This document shows, piece by piece, positions 24,901-38,600 of a DNA stretch of 64,000 nt. A program made the translations under genes and the position numbers. The stretch covers positions 11,594,001-11,658,000 of the forward strand of contig JBITNC010000002.1 in the NCBI GenBank assembly GCA_050084985.1, written 5' to 3'. How positions within the stretch are numbered: position 1 is the first letter of the stretch; each line of letters begins with the position of its first letter. This DNA is from Nageia nagi (Eukaryota > Plantae > Pinophyta). The notes beneath the pieces are model-generated. The model had not been told where the DNA came from. It was given only the letters and a program-made list of their open reading frames with translations, and ran no database searches.

Positions 24901-27900
24901 GGATCTAATTTTGGAGAATGGGTGTCTTGGCTTGGGAAGGTATGAGTTGTTCTTCAAATTTATCTTTCTGATTACTTATCTTGTTTTTAGCATGAACAAT
25001 AGCTGCATACAAAAGAAAAGAAAGATTGTTATTAGCTACAACACTTGCACACCAATTGGAGGTGTTTTGGGCTCCAACATCCAAGATTAAATGTCCACAC
25101 TTGTTGATTTTTATGACAGATCTGTCCATGCATAGTTCTCAACTACATTGTCAAGAAATGGTGCCTTAAGAGAAAATAAAATGGCTCTCTTTTGGAGAAG
25201 AAAGTTTGTGGTTGATGGAAGGATTATTACCTCACATTCTTGCTTCACAATGCACATTTTGAGGGATGTATTACATGAAAAACAATCAATGACTGTTGGA
25301 AACCTTGAGCATATGATGATGGCTGCCATTCCTCATAGTTTGAGGACTGTTAGAATCATCCTTAATTCAAACATCAACATTCATGATTATAGACTTTTTT
25401 TCCTAATTTTGAGCATGATAATTTAGTATTAAGGACAATAATGGGGAAGTGGTTGAAGATTGACTATATCACTGCTTTGCGTGAAGGCAAAGGGGCTGTT
25501 GCAATTACTTTTGGGATTAAGTTTTCTAAGCATACAAGGGCTATACCTTTTAAAGATGCATTGCATAAGGATTCTTAGATTGTTGTGTTTTACTTTTCCA
25601 TATTTCTTGGTGCAATTTGGGTTGCACATAAAGATATAACTGAGATAACAACACGCAAGGAAGTTAGGGAAGCTTTGAGAAGGAAATTAGGTGACCAAAC
25701 ATTGATAAGTTGGATTAACACTTCAATTATTTTCAGGATTGATTCTTGGACTATGTATGAGACTATTTTGAGAATGAAATATGACACAAAGGGGAAAGGT
25801 TACTTATTGATTCCAGGAGCTGCATTTGAGAAGACAATGGAAAAGGAAACATTGAGTAAGTTGAGGTCATCTTTCATCTTGAATGGGGTTGTAACTTTAG
25901 CACTTTGTGAGATAGAATTGGAATCAATTTTTATGTTATATGGTTTGATCGGTGAGACAAAAAAGGTTCCACTTATTGTTGATACAAGATGGATTGTTAC
26001 AGATGATATAAGGAATGCTCTTCACTTGATAGGGGCTACTTATGATTAGAGAATATTTGTTATCTTTACACACATTGATGATGCATTATTTAATGATAAG
26101 TTGATGATTGTTCTCCTTGTCTTAATGGTTACAATCATTGATGACTATTTGGTGATGATAAGAGGCTTTATTTGGATTATTGTTGGTATTTCAGGTCCTA
26201 ATTTGTTGGCTGCCATTAGTACACAATTAGAGACCTTTTGGTTGACACTCCATGCACCATTTGAGTGTGATTGTGGAGACCCAACAATGGCAACCTTTTT
26301 GCCAACTATCGACACATGTTTATACATTAATTGGGAAGTCTTGAGGATTGATTTTGAGCCATTACACATTGATTTTTATTTCAGACCTAAGTATCACACA
26401 CTTGTTGATTTTTATTTCAAACCTGTGTATCATACACTTGTTGATTCGTATCATACACTTGTTGATTTTTATTTCAAACCTGAGTATCATACACTTGTTG
26501 ATTTTTGGAGAGCTATTATGCATACTCTTGAGGTTGAGATTGTTGGATGCATAGTTGATATGATTTCCCCACTTGAGAATGATGTACCCTATTCTTTGAG
26601 ATGGGTTTGGTACCCTGGATTGTATTGCAATTGCTTGAGGGAAAACAATTTCGAGAGAGGTGGCTTTGCAACATCCCCTTTTTCTAAAAAATAAGTAATT
26701 TGGAATGCTAAGGATTCCCTTTTGTAAATATTTTAGTTGCTCATATATTTGTTGGGATAGAATATAATGATCCTTATGGACCCACATTATGAGCCCCAAA
26801 GTGGGACATCTTCCTCCCAAGCTTAGGATGAATTATTTGAGGATTGAGTTCGCTACAGGCTTGGAGAGTTGATTTGATTTATTCATTGGATAGGGCATCT
26901 CATGGGAAACATTTTGATAGTTTACACGATATGGTTTCATCAAGAAACAAAAGAGTTATGGCCACTTGAAGTTCTCCAATTGGACCAATCTTCCATATCG
27001 CGACCACTCATGAAAATATAGAAACATCTCCATATTGACCCCTTGAAATGTGACATCCCACTCCTTGGGATATGAGTTAGTTATGGATTGTATTTAGGTG
27101 TGAGCTTGGTAATTAAGAGTAGATTTAGTATGTTTTATGAGCACCATTTGTATGAGTTGTAATATATGATTATGAGGTAATCAATAGTTGTAAATGCAAT
27201 ATTAGTCTCCAATAATAAGATGTTGCATATTTGGCCATTGGATCTTGTAATTAAATATGATTATTAACATCCCTAGGTAGCAGTAACATATGTATGATAC
27301 CTAGGACACATATAACCCCATGTTTAGACATTTGAAGGCCTCACGGAGTTAACATTGGACTTGGAGATTGGAGTGATGATTTCTAGATGAGATCCAAATC
27401 TAGGGATTGTGATATAAATGAGATTCACATCATTGCATGGAGAGGTTGAGTTTTGGATTATCTCTTCTTTTGTTTAGAAGACACAAGTCTTGGTGCAACA
27501 TCAAGCAATATTACCCTAGGTGCAGCATCTAGGAGGGTTAGCAGGCTGAGGGATCTTGCTAATCTACAGCTAAGGTGCAACATTTTAGTCCAAATAATGG
27601 TATTTCGAGGTTGCAATCCTACCATTCAGTTGGTTTCCAAGATTTGGAGAGGGCTCCTTTAATGGAGAGGATTCAAATCTTGAGGGAGTGTGGCTATCCC
27701 ATCCATTATTCTAGCAGTGATCATATTTGCATTTGTATGTGCCCTAGTTGGCTCCTTAGAGGCCAACATTGAACCCTTGTGGCAAATTTGAAGCTTGTAA
27801 TCAATCTTCATTGCTTAATTCAATTGTTGGCACATTGATATCCATATAATTATCTCATTTTGTTGTCTAATTGCAATTAACTTACCTCTAGAAGCTTGAC

Positions 27901-28053
27901 GTTAGGGTTGTGGATGTGTATGAGTGATATTTTGTGTCCCTAAGTGAGATGTTGGTATTCTAACATGTGTAGTTGATTTTTGGAGCATTTTATTTGGTAT
28001 ATTTGGTGCTTAATTTGCATATTTCAGTCTTGAAAAATATTTGGAATATTACA
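21978..28053 (+). mobile_element. Non-autonomous LTR retroelement (LARD-like, gypsy-derived); LTRs 21978-23368 and 26667-28053
   Basis: Two similar LTRs of about 1.39 kb with TG...CA ends. PBS TGGTATCAAAGC at 23370 and a purine tract at about 26653. TSD AATTC/ATTTC. No RT or integrase motifs in the 3.3-kb interior. Confidence 0.9.
26370..26506. repeat. About 36-bp tandem repeat (GTATCATACACTTGTTGATTTTTATTTCAAACCT..)
   Basis: About 4 copies, read as the YHTLVDFYFKP repeats in ORF 26101-26694. Confidence 0.85.
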
Positions 28054-29012
28054 ATTTCCCTATTTATATGAATTAATACAAAGTGAATTGTGTTGGGTGC
28101 TTAATCCTTTTCAATTTGGTATTAGAGCAGGTTGAAGACAGACCCATGGGTTGATGAGATTATTCTCCCAACCAAATATATGAAGTAATATATTTCAATT
28201 TCGTTGTTATTGTACATATGTAAATAGATAGTATAAAGTTGTAATTATTTGTTTGTAATGAAATAAATTGTGTGGAGGGGAGGCAAATCCGGTAAATGAA
28301 AGCAACAACAATGTCAGGTATTAATTCTACCAACATGGTGGGTGTGATTAAACGAATGTAGGCTCAAATAATGAATATCAGGTCCATGATGGTGCATGTT
28401 GGCAAATTGGATAGATTAGAGCCGACTATGGAATGAGTAGGACGTGATTCACCTATTCTAAGAGTGAATAATTTCAATAGGAACATCTTGCAATGATGGC
28501 ACAATTCATGAAGATCATTGACAACAGAGAGGGATTCCATTAGCAGTTCATAAAAAAAATCCACAGGCAACAATACTTTTCACAACAAAGCTAGTGGAAT
28601 TTCCAATGAACAATAATCACACATCAGGTGGTTATATGAGTTAGCATGATGAACATTATTTAGACCTATTGCAGGCATGGACAACATCAAATGTGGTGCA
28701 AAATAGAGAGGCATGTTAATCGTGATCTAATATTTCTAAAAAAATTAAAATATAGGTCATAATAGTTCCCACATAACAAAAGGATCTAGTTGTGGGCAGA
28801 GGTTGGCAGGAAGATCACCATTGGAAGCGATGAAATCAATAAAATAAAGGCATCCCTTCACCACATGTGTTGTATGTATTTGTGTAGAATATTTTTTGTT
28901 GGGATTTTATTGTATTTATTTTTATGTATATTTTTGAGGTTAAATTTATGGAGTGATAAAGGTGTATTTTTATTGTTAAAAAGAGAGAGTGAAAAGTATG
29001 CGATCTAACATA

Positions 29013-31690
29013 TGTTATTATGGTTGAACAAAGATAAATAGGGATCCCATAGTTTATGAGGTTCATCAAGTGTGGGCTATGCCCTTGGAGAAACAAACAA
29101 TCAACACTTTATCATAGTCCAAAAAATAGAGGGATTACAATCCACATCAAGCCTGATGCACTATCTGCTTAGTCTCTTACAAGCTCTCTATCAAGCTCCT
29201 GTATGCTCAAACCCTAGCACACATCTAAAATAATGATATTTCCTTCATACAAAATCCTCTTATATAATAGAGAATACAATCTCTGACCTAATTTTCAAAG
29301 GTCCAAATTCACCACTAAAAATTGCCTCTTAAAAATAGGTTTTACAATAATAACACTATTTCTAAAAAAATGACTAAAAATAGACTGAAAATTTTGCTTA
29401 GCTTTTGGTTGAGCAGGGCTTAATGCAAGAGAATCCACTTCACAAATCAAGTCTCGCATGTAAGTAAGGGATTCTAGGGTGATCCATCATACATAACTAC
29501 ATGCATGCACCTCTAAGGATAACAGGCTCCACACTCCAACAATCTCCCACTTGGAGACTATACACAAAAATTGCACCGTTTCTACATCCGTTGGACATCT
29601 TCCCAACCCTTCATGGGTCTATCAAACCAAACATGCTTGAGAAAAAGTTCAACTTATCTTTCGAAACTTCTTTTGTTAACATATCTATTTGATTTTTACT
29701 AGTATGTATCTTTTCCAGCTTTAAGGATCCAATCTCCAATGCTAACTGTATCCAGTGGTACCTAAGCTGAATGTGTTTGGTTCTTGAATGGAAGGCTAAA
29801 TAATATGCAAGATGAATGGCACTTTGGTTGTCACTCCATAACGTGCAATATATCCTTATATAGTGTTTTCTCATTGAAAATAACATCTCTACTCTTGATG
29901 ACTTTCCTATTAGTATTATCCCATAATTTGAAACCCAAGCCATCTATCCCATATCTGATGAAATAACACTTCCTATATGTAGCATCTAGTTTCTTTCTAT
30001 TTTCCTTATCTTTGTGAGAATAAGCTTCACACCCAAAGACTTTAAGGAAGGAGTAGTTCATAGATTTACCTATCCATGTATCTTCTGGAATCTCTCCATC
30101 CAAAGCAGTACAAGGTCCCTTCTTGATCAAATAAATAATAATGTCAACATAATTAGCCCACAAATATAGAGGCAATCCAACATGTAGCCTTAAGCATTTA
30201 ACATGTTGCTCCATGATGGTCCTATTCATCCTCTTAGAAACCCCATTTTATTGAGGTGTTCTTGGGGTGACCTTTATCATTCTGATTCTATTAAGAGAAC
30301 AATAATTATTAAAAGCATTACTTCAATATTCACCACCATTATCTGACTTGAGATATTTTACTTTCTTACCAATCTCATTCTCCATTAAAGTCTTCCACTT
30401 CTAAAATGTATCAAATTCATCAAACTTTTAACTAGTACAATAAACCTATGTTTTTCTGATGGCATCATTTATAAAAGACACAATAATTAGAACCATCGAA
30501 AAAAAGTTACGTGAGTTGGCCTCCATACATCAATGTGAACCAAATCAAAATTTTGTCTTCTATTTTTCAACTTTCAAAAATCTTACCCTTTTCTATTTTC
30601 GTAAATGCAATCCTCACAAAACCTCAAATCAACTTCCTTAAGTTTCGATAGTAATTTTTGTGAGTGCAAAATCTCCATTCCCTTTTCACTCATGTGGCCT
30701 AATCTGCAGTTCCATATCTTTGCATCTTCTCCTGTAGCAAAAACATTCATAGTGCAGATAGATAATTCTGTAAGCAAATAAAGCATTCTAACTATTTTAC
30801 CTTTAGTAATAGCCTTTTGTTAACTTCTAAGATTTTTCCCCAAATGTAGTTGTGAAACCTTTTTTATCAAGTTTGTTGGCTGAGATCAAATTTCTCTTCA
30901 AATTGGGAATATATTGTACTTCATTCAACACCAATAGACTTCCATTGGAAAACCTTGTATTTATATTTCTCTTTCCCTCAATCTAGCAACAACGATCGTA
31001 TCCTAAAAAAACTATCCAAATCACCCTAAACATATTCTACAAATAATCCTTCTCTAAAATAGCATGAAAAAATGCACCAGAATCAACAACCCAATAATCA
31101 TTGTTCTTATCTAAAGATAATATCAAAGCACCTTGCAATATTTCACTAGTTAAATTTGCTTATGAGTTATTACCTTTATTTCCTTTATCCTCACCTTTTT
31201 CATCATTGATTATATTTCAGCAATCCTTTTTCAAATGGACTTTCTTGCCATAGTGCCAACATTCAGCTTTTCCTTTGCCTTTTGACTTAGATCTTCCTAT
31301 GGATTTTCCTTTGCTATGACTTCTGCCTTCCTATATTTTTCTCAACCGTTAACATTATTCTTGACGATGAGGGCTCTCCCAAGGTTTTTCTCCTCATACC
31401 TTCACTAAGAATAATGCCAACAACAACAACATCATCAAAAACTAACTTATTAGAACTAGATGTAGAATTACTTACAAGCATTGCCAAACTATTCCAACTC
31501 TTTGGCAGTGAGCACAATATTAGTAGAGACCTTACTTTATCATCAAAATCCAATCCTACTGAACTTAGTTACAATATTAAATGTATTTAAATGATCCTCA
31601 ATTGAAGTACCTTCATTTATTTTAATATTAAATAATTTCTTCATTAGAAAAACTTTATTGGAAGCCAAGGGTTTCTTATACAACTTCTCT
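29013..31690 (-). mobile_element. Truncated Ty1/copia (Tnt1/Tork-like) with RT deleted; 3' LTR about 29013-29541
   Basis: Gag (LLILCSLPKSW), VVDSGAFFH protease, IWNCRLGHMSEKG, integrase (KVFGCEAY, SRDVIFNE), RNase H (SDNQSAIHLA, HSRTKHI) and a PPT AAGTGGGAGAT abutting the LTR. The left LTR edge is approximate. Confidence 0.85.
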
Positions 31691-33337
31691 CTACCAAAGG
31701 AAAATCAATACCATTTGGTTTGCTCTAAAATAATATGCTCATATGAACATTTCAAGCCAAATAAATGATTTATCTTATATAAAAACAACAAAATTCACTA
31801 TACCATAGAGGATAATAAAAAACTTAGACATTAGTTTCTACCACCTTCAATTTTTGGGCCTAACCTATTCCTTTCTTTGTTCCTGTACTCCCTTCCCATG
31901 AGTTCAGGCCCTCACTTTGTTCTACTCATTCCTATGATGACTTAATGACTAAATAACTAATGGTGACTAAATAATAACTTGGTGAAGCCTCTTTTTGCAA
32001 GAGGCCAACAAAGATATAGGCTCTCCCTTAGAGATCGTAACTACAGCTGATGGAAGATTAAGTCTAAGATTTCCTAGGATATCATAGTACAAATGAGAAA
32101 AGGAGGTCATTTGATTCTAACTGGTAACTTTCATGGATCTAAGCCAAACATTGACCAAATTCAACAATGGAAAAAATTAAGATGGAAAAATAAAGGAAGT
32201 TTGGAAATCATTACAATACTTAATGATTATATGATGTTCACATTTGTGTTAGAATTTGTAATGAAATATTGTGAATATCTAAACTCCTTGTAAATTCAAT
32301 TAATCACTTAAAGGATATGTAGATACCTTAAGGGATTAATTGAATTCTTTATGTAGACTTTGACCTTACCATGGGGTTAGTTGGTTGGTTAAAGTTAGGT
32401 AATACATTTATTGTAACCCTAACCTTACCCTTGGGTTAAAGGGAGGTTAGGGAGGTGCTCTCATGCTATAAATAGAGGGCCTCTCCTCTTGTAACATAAC
32501 TAAGATTTGGAGTAAGATTACTCTACTAGTTTGTGTAGGAGAGAAAGAGAATTGTAGTAAGAGGTGCATAGATTGAGAATTGAGAACTAGTTGTGGATGT
32601 ACTCCCAAGGAGGGAGGAACCACATTATATTGGTGTTATCTTGTGTGAATGGTGTTATTAGCTTATAGATGTTGAATGATAGTTTCCTATAGTCTTGGAC
32701 CTTGAGGATTAGTGTAGTTCTAATTCCTTCAATTGGTATCAGAGCTTGGTGTGGAAACTCTTCTTCTACATCTTGGAGGTTCTTCATCCCTCTTCATTCC
32801 TCATCTTACACCCCATTGGTGAGGTAAAACTAAGAAAAGGTATAAATTTCCTCCTCATTTGGTTATCTTATGGATTATTGCATTAGATACTAACATATTT
32901 TATGAGATATTGGACCTTATTTTTTGCAAAATATGATCAAAATGGCAATAATATGTTATAGTTAAACTTGATTTGTTCTTATGACACTAACACATTTTGA
33001 ACTATGTGTTAACCTTTTTTTTGTTATTTACAAAATATGGGTAATTTTTTTTACTATCCTCTAGTAAACATGTTGTTAATTTAAGAGGTTAGTATATAGA
33101 AATAACATATTGTAAGCCATTTATTAAAAAGGGTGTATTTTCTTCAATATATATATGATGAGAGCAATTCAAAATGATTTTATAATTATTTTTTTAATTA
33201 TTGCAAATAGCTCTTTTTTAATTACATATCTCATAATAGCTATTTCATAGCTTAAAAAGGGGGAAAGGTATTTAAAAATAATCAAATAAGGAGATTTTTT
33301 TTTGGTACAATATATTTGCATGATCCATTGCCTTGAA

Positions 33338-33404
33338 TATACTCGAAGGATATGCACAAAATGGATACGTTGAAAGGGTCTACGAATTGTTTGACAGAGT
33401 GCCC
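33338..33404 (+). pseudogene. Short PPR fragment in the copia 5' leader
   Basis: Translates ILEGYAQNGYVERVYELFDRVP, which combines the GYAQNG and ELFDRMP PPR signatures. Confidence 0.7.
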
Positions 33405-33555
33405 CCCTCTATGCTTCTCCTCGTAGCCCCTCGATTCAATGAGTGCCTCCCACTTCATCCGTAGCATCTCTCCAACCTTCTGGCCCTCACTCTGCCCAGC
33501 TCTCTCTATGGAGGACCCTACAATTAGCTCCTAGTCAACGAGTGCTATTTTTAAA

Positions 33556-33608
33556 CAACAACAGCAGGGTTCGAACCTGCATAGGCGTAGGCCAACAGAT
33601 TTCCAATC
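33556..33608 (-). pseudogene. Partial, degenerate tRNA-Ser (anticodon arm to 3' acceptor) in the copia leader
   Basis: The minus strand reads GATTGGAAATCTGTTGGCCTACGCCTATGCAGGTTCGAACCCTGCTGTTGTTG. This matches the 3' part of plant cytosolic tRNA-Ser(UGA/CGA), including the long variable arm and GGTTCGAACCC T-arm. The 5' third is absent. Confidence 0.75.
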
Positions 33609-35688
33609 ACTCAATTGAGAAGTAGTCCACAGAGGATCTAATACAACAGCATGGTGATGATTTTGAGACAAAACTCCCAGATGATAGATCAGACGTCCAT
33701 AATCACCCCCACACGACATAGGTGATCGATTCAGCTATGCACTCTTCTCAGCCCTCTACCTACACCTCCTTTGCTACTGCTCTCTTTCTCGAGCTTGAAT
33801 GATTCAAATACTGGCTGCTACCTTCTCGTTGTGTGTGGAGGTGAGGGAGACCCGGAGGAATCGAACTGAGGTTGCCAAATGAGCCATTCGTGTCGAGGTC
33901 AATGCCCGATGTGAGCGCTGCTGGTTGGTCTATTATTCATCCATCGATGATCATTATTATCAAAATGTCATCGCCTTTATCTCAGTGTATAACCCTCTCG
34001 ACCAGGACCCTGCTTCCTTTGCCCGTTGCTCCCTTGTATCCTCCCTCACGTGGCCTCCTCCTGCCACCCCACACGGCTTAAAAACTCCTACGCAAGGCCA
34101 CCTTTCCGTTTTTTTTTTTCAAATATAGTTGTTGAGCTTTTATTTTTTTACCAACTAAGAAGGGGATTTGACTTTTTATGTCCTTGTTTAATTACTCCCA
34201 AGAAGCAACGTATACTCCTTCTTGGTAAGGGAAGGGTAGCCATCACTATTTTACCTATCTGCATTTATTTGTTTTGACTTGGAGTGCTTGAGGTAAAAGG
34301 AGCATTAACTAAGCATAGGTCTCCTTTCTTTTACATTATTACTTGCAAGCTCTCTAGAAGCAAACGTATACTTTTTGATAGGCATTTAATATTTTTGCTT
34401 GCTTACAAGTCATTGGTTCCTATTAAATGCACTTAAAAGTATTTATACTCCAACTTTAAGCATTGACTATAATACTTTAAAGTAAGTAGATACATCATTA
34501 CTCTTCAATGCAATTCTAATTTTTTTTTTAGAAAAATATGGCACATGGAGGATATTTTGGAGTATAATTTTCTCTAAGTATGGTAATTTACTTAGGCAAA
34601 ACTTTTTTAGTAAAATTTTTTGCTAAGGTAATCTAAGTATGCTATTTTTTTAAGTAAACAAGGAAATTTTTTTTACTTAAAATATAAATGCATACTTAAA
34701 AGACAATTTTAGCATACAAGTTTTAGGGATAAAACTTTAAGTAAAAAAGAGGGAATTTGTATATTTTTTATTTAAAACTTTATCTAGATCTTGCATGCTA
34801 AATTTGTAATGCATACCTCTTAATTCTTATTACTTAATTTTTAAGTTATGGAATAATGCATGTTTATTACTTAATTTTTAAGTTATGGATTAATGCTAAG
34901 TAAGACTTAGCCTTTTTTTAAATTCATTAAAGTGTTGAATGAATTTATGAACTTGAGCAAGTATGTAAAATGTAAAAATGTCCTTTAGGGGTTAGTACAA
35001 AATCCATTAGACTCTTAAGGTTTCAAGTTCTTGTGGATGATGTATTTTTAATACTTTACTTTATATTTTTGCATAATTGCTTTATACTTGCAAAACGCAA
35101 AATATTGAAAGTAACCCCTAAAATGAACACATCTGCACATACTTTTCTACAACATGACTTGTTTGGGGAGCCACGAGGTGAGGATAGGGTAGACTGGAGC
35201 CTTTTTAGTTCGAAGAACCAAGTGGTGGTAAATCCGTCTTAATTACCCCTTAGACCTCTGTTGGATTGGACATAACTCTATTAGGTGGACAGGCATGTGT
35301 GTAGTAATACCACATGTCCGCACGTCCATTCAGGGATTATCCTGATAACCTAGGAGGAAAACTGAAAACCTTAAAAAGATAATTAAAATGGCCAGTCCAA
35401 GATACGTCGAATCCTTGGAAAATAGTTGGTACTTCTCCTTGAAAGAGTATATTACTGACCAAGGTGAACTAGTTGAGGACTGGTAGTACTTGGGCTCCTC
35501 TCTGTGGGCATCCAGGTGAAAGCCTAATTCTATACAAGAAAACAACCTCAACTTTATCCTTCTACAGATCTTGGTTTATAAGTTTACACATGTGGTACAT
35601 GTTTACTTATCAATGTTTTATTTGTATAGATGGTAAATTGTAAAAATTTATTCATTCTTCTTGCTTATTTACTTTTGTGTAGTAATAG

Positions 35689-38600
35689 TTGAAACCTTCA
35701 TACCCAAGCATATACTCGACGATTCCAACTTTGGCATATGGGAACCTCGTATGAAAGCTGAGTTACAAGCAAGGAAGCTGTGGCAGATAGTTAATGAAGA
35801 CTTGGTCGCTCCTACATATGAGAAGGCTCTTGAAATCTACAACTCAAAGAATGAGTTAGCAACTTCAATGATTTATCGTGCAGTTTCAGATGACATACTT
35901 CTCATGATCTCTTCTTCAACATCAACAAAGGAAGCTTGGGATAGACTGAAGAAAATTTACCTTCGGTCAAAATTTTCAAGGAGGTTCACCATTTTACAAA
36001 AATTGTTGCAATATCATCAAGGTGAAGATGAAAGTGCTTCTATTTACTTGAACAAAATCATTGACCTCAGGACACAACTGGTTGGCTATGGGTGCAACTA
36101 GATCAATGATGAGTTCATGGTCTTCATCATTCTTCAAAGCCTTTCTACAAAGTTCAGTAACTTTGTCATGATTATGGAAACTAGGCTCGATGATGAAGAA
36201 GATGTCATCTCTCTTGATAACCTTTCTAGACTCCTTCTGAAGCATGAGGAAACTTTGAATAAGAAAATGTTGGACTTTTCTCCAAAGGACAAAAGCATTG
36301 CTCTAGGAGCAACCAAAACTCCTTTCAAGAAGAAGTTCAAACATTATGAATTCAAAGATAACAAATCCTCATCTACCTTCAGGAAGCATGAGAAAAAGGG
36401 CAACAATTATGGCAACTTCAAGCAAATGAATGATAAAGCTGGATCAAGCAATCTAACACCTCAGGAAAAGTTTGATGGAAATTGAAACTTTTGTGGCATG
36501 TTTGGGCACAAAGAGTATGATTGTCGTAAAACGAAATTTGCTCAAAAAGGTAAGGGAAATGCAAATGTGAAAAATTTCAATAATAAGAAGAACAAGCATG
36601 CTGCTACTGTTGCCTACTACTCAGTGACTCAAACTATTTCAAATGATTGGATTGTTGATTCAGGATGCACTAATCACATGTGTTATGAAAAGGATAAGTT
36701 TGAAAACTTTCATAAGTACAAGAAGGATGCAGTTGTGATAGGTGATAATACAATCCTTGATGTTCAAGGAATAGGGAGTGTGAAGATTCATGGAAAGGTT
36801 CTTGATAATGTATTTTATGTGCCTAAACTAAGGATGAATCTTATCTCTGTAATTCAGATTACAAGGAAAGGATACTCATTTGAGTTTACCTCACACTCCT
36901 AGAGTGTTAAGAAAGGACTTGCCACCTTGATGAAAGGATCAGTAAAGGATGACCTTTATATTGTGGATCAAGTTCCTTCAAAGATGTGTCTTACTGCAAA
37001 TGTTTGTTCAAAGGGTAATCTTTGGCATCAACGATTAGGGCACCTTAACCATAAGAGTATTCAAGATATGAAAAATCAAGAACTTGTGGAAGGTTTACCT
37101 AATATTTCACCCACAATTGGTCTCTGTGAAAGGTGCATTCTAGGAAAGATGAATAGGCAAAAGTTTGAAAAAGATAAGGCAACTCGGGCTACTCGTCCTC
37201 TTCAACTTGTGCATTCAGATTTGATGGGTCTATTTCAGACTAAGTCTCTAGGGGGAGCTTCTTATGTTCTAACCTTCATTGATGACTTTAGCAGGATGAC
37301 ATTTGGTTATCTACTTGAGCACAAGGATCAAACTTTTGACAGGTTTAAAGATTTCAAGGCTCTTGTTGAAAATCAAACTAATTTTAAGATCAAGATGTTG
37401 AGATATGATAATGGGGGTGAGCATAATAGCAATGAGTTTAACGAATATTGTGTTAAACATGGGATCAAGCGGTAATTCATAATCCCTTACACCCCTCAAC
37501 AAAATGGAGTTGTTGAAAGGAAGAATCGAACCATTATGGAAATGGCAAGGTGCATGTTGGGTAACCTTCCTAATTTCTTATGGGGTGAAGCTGTTCACAC
37601 TACTATTCACACCCTAAATAGGTGTCCTACTAAAGCAGTTGAAGGTAAAACTCTGTATGAAGCATGGACAGGAAAGAAACCTAACATCTCACACTTTAGG
37701 GCCTTCGGTTGTGATGCATTTTCCTTCATTACCTCAGAGAAAAGAAAAAGTTAGATAAAAGATCAGAAAAATGCATCTTTGTGGGGTATGATAATCAGTA
37801 TAGAGGTTACAGGCTCTACTCCTCATCCCATAAAATAGTCTTTATTTTTAGGGATGTCAAGTTCAATGAACTTCCTGAGGATACGAATTCTCATGCTGAG
37901 GTGTTTGATTCAGATGATTCTTCGCTTGCACCTAACTGGTTGGATGATAATGTAGGGAAGTCACCACAAGAGCAAAATTCTCTAGCTTAGAGAATTACAA
38001 GGAGTATGACCTTGAATAAATCTTTATTTGCCAAAATTGATAATACGAATGAGCCATCAACCTTCAAAGAAGCTTCCAAGCAAGAGTGTTGGATGGAAGC
38101 TATGAAAGTTGAGTATGAGGCGCTCATGAAAAATGAAACTTGGGATTTGGTTCCTTATCCTAATGAGAAAAATATGATTGGAAATAAATGGATATACAAG
38201 GTCAAGTACAATTCTGATGGAGAAATTGAAAAATACAAAGCAAGGTTAGTGGCCAAAGGCTTTGCTCAGAAATATGGTATTGATTATGAGGAATCCTTTG
38301 CTCTTGTGGCCAAGATGCCTACTGTCAGGATAATCCTTGCTCTTTTTGCAGCTCAAGGATGGAAATTTTTCCAACTTGATGTCAAGAGTGCATTTCTCAA
38401 TGGTGACTTGGATGTAGAAATCTACATGAATCAAAAAGAAGGATTTATTCCAGAAGGTAAAGATTCTTTTGTGTGCAAGCTAAAGAAGTCTTTGTATAGA
38501 CTTAAGCAAGCACCTAGAGCATGGTACAAGAAAATTTCAGGATTCTTTGCAGATATTGGTTTTTCCAAGTGCTTCTTTGACTCAGATCTCTATGTACTCA

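Larger units (their letters stand above)
21860..29005 (+). mobile_element. Old LTR element (probably copia) whose 5' LTR (21860-21977 plus 28054-28113) is split by a younger element; decayed internal sequence follows
   Basis: TGTTAG start, LTR end ...TTTTCA, then a Met-type PBS TGGTATTAGAGC at about 28117. Downstream coding capacity is barely recognisable. Confidence 0.5.

Noticed and set aside
33556-33608. Functional tRNA gene
   Set aside because: It lacks the 5' acceptor strand and D-arm (A-box), and the anticodon arm is mutated.
33890-33930. ARCERCW resembling the IleRS/FPG zinc-finger motif
   Set aside because: Too short to distinguish from chance without a search.
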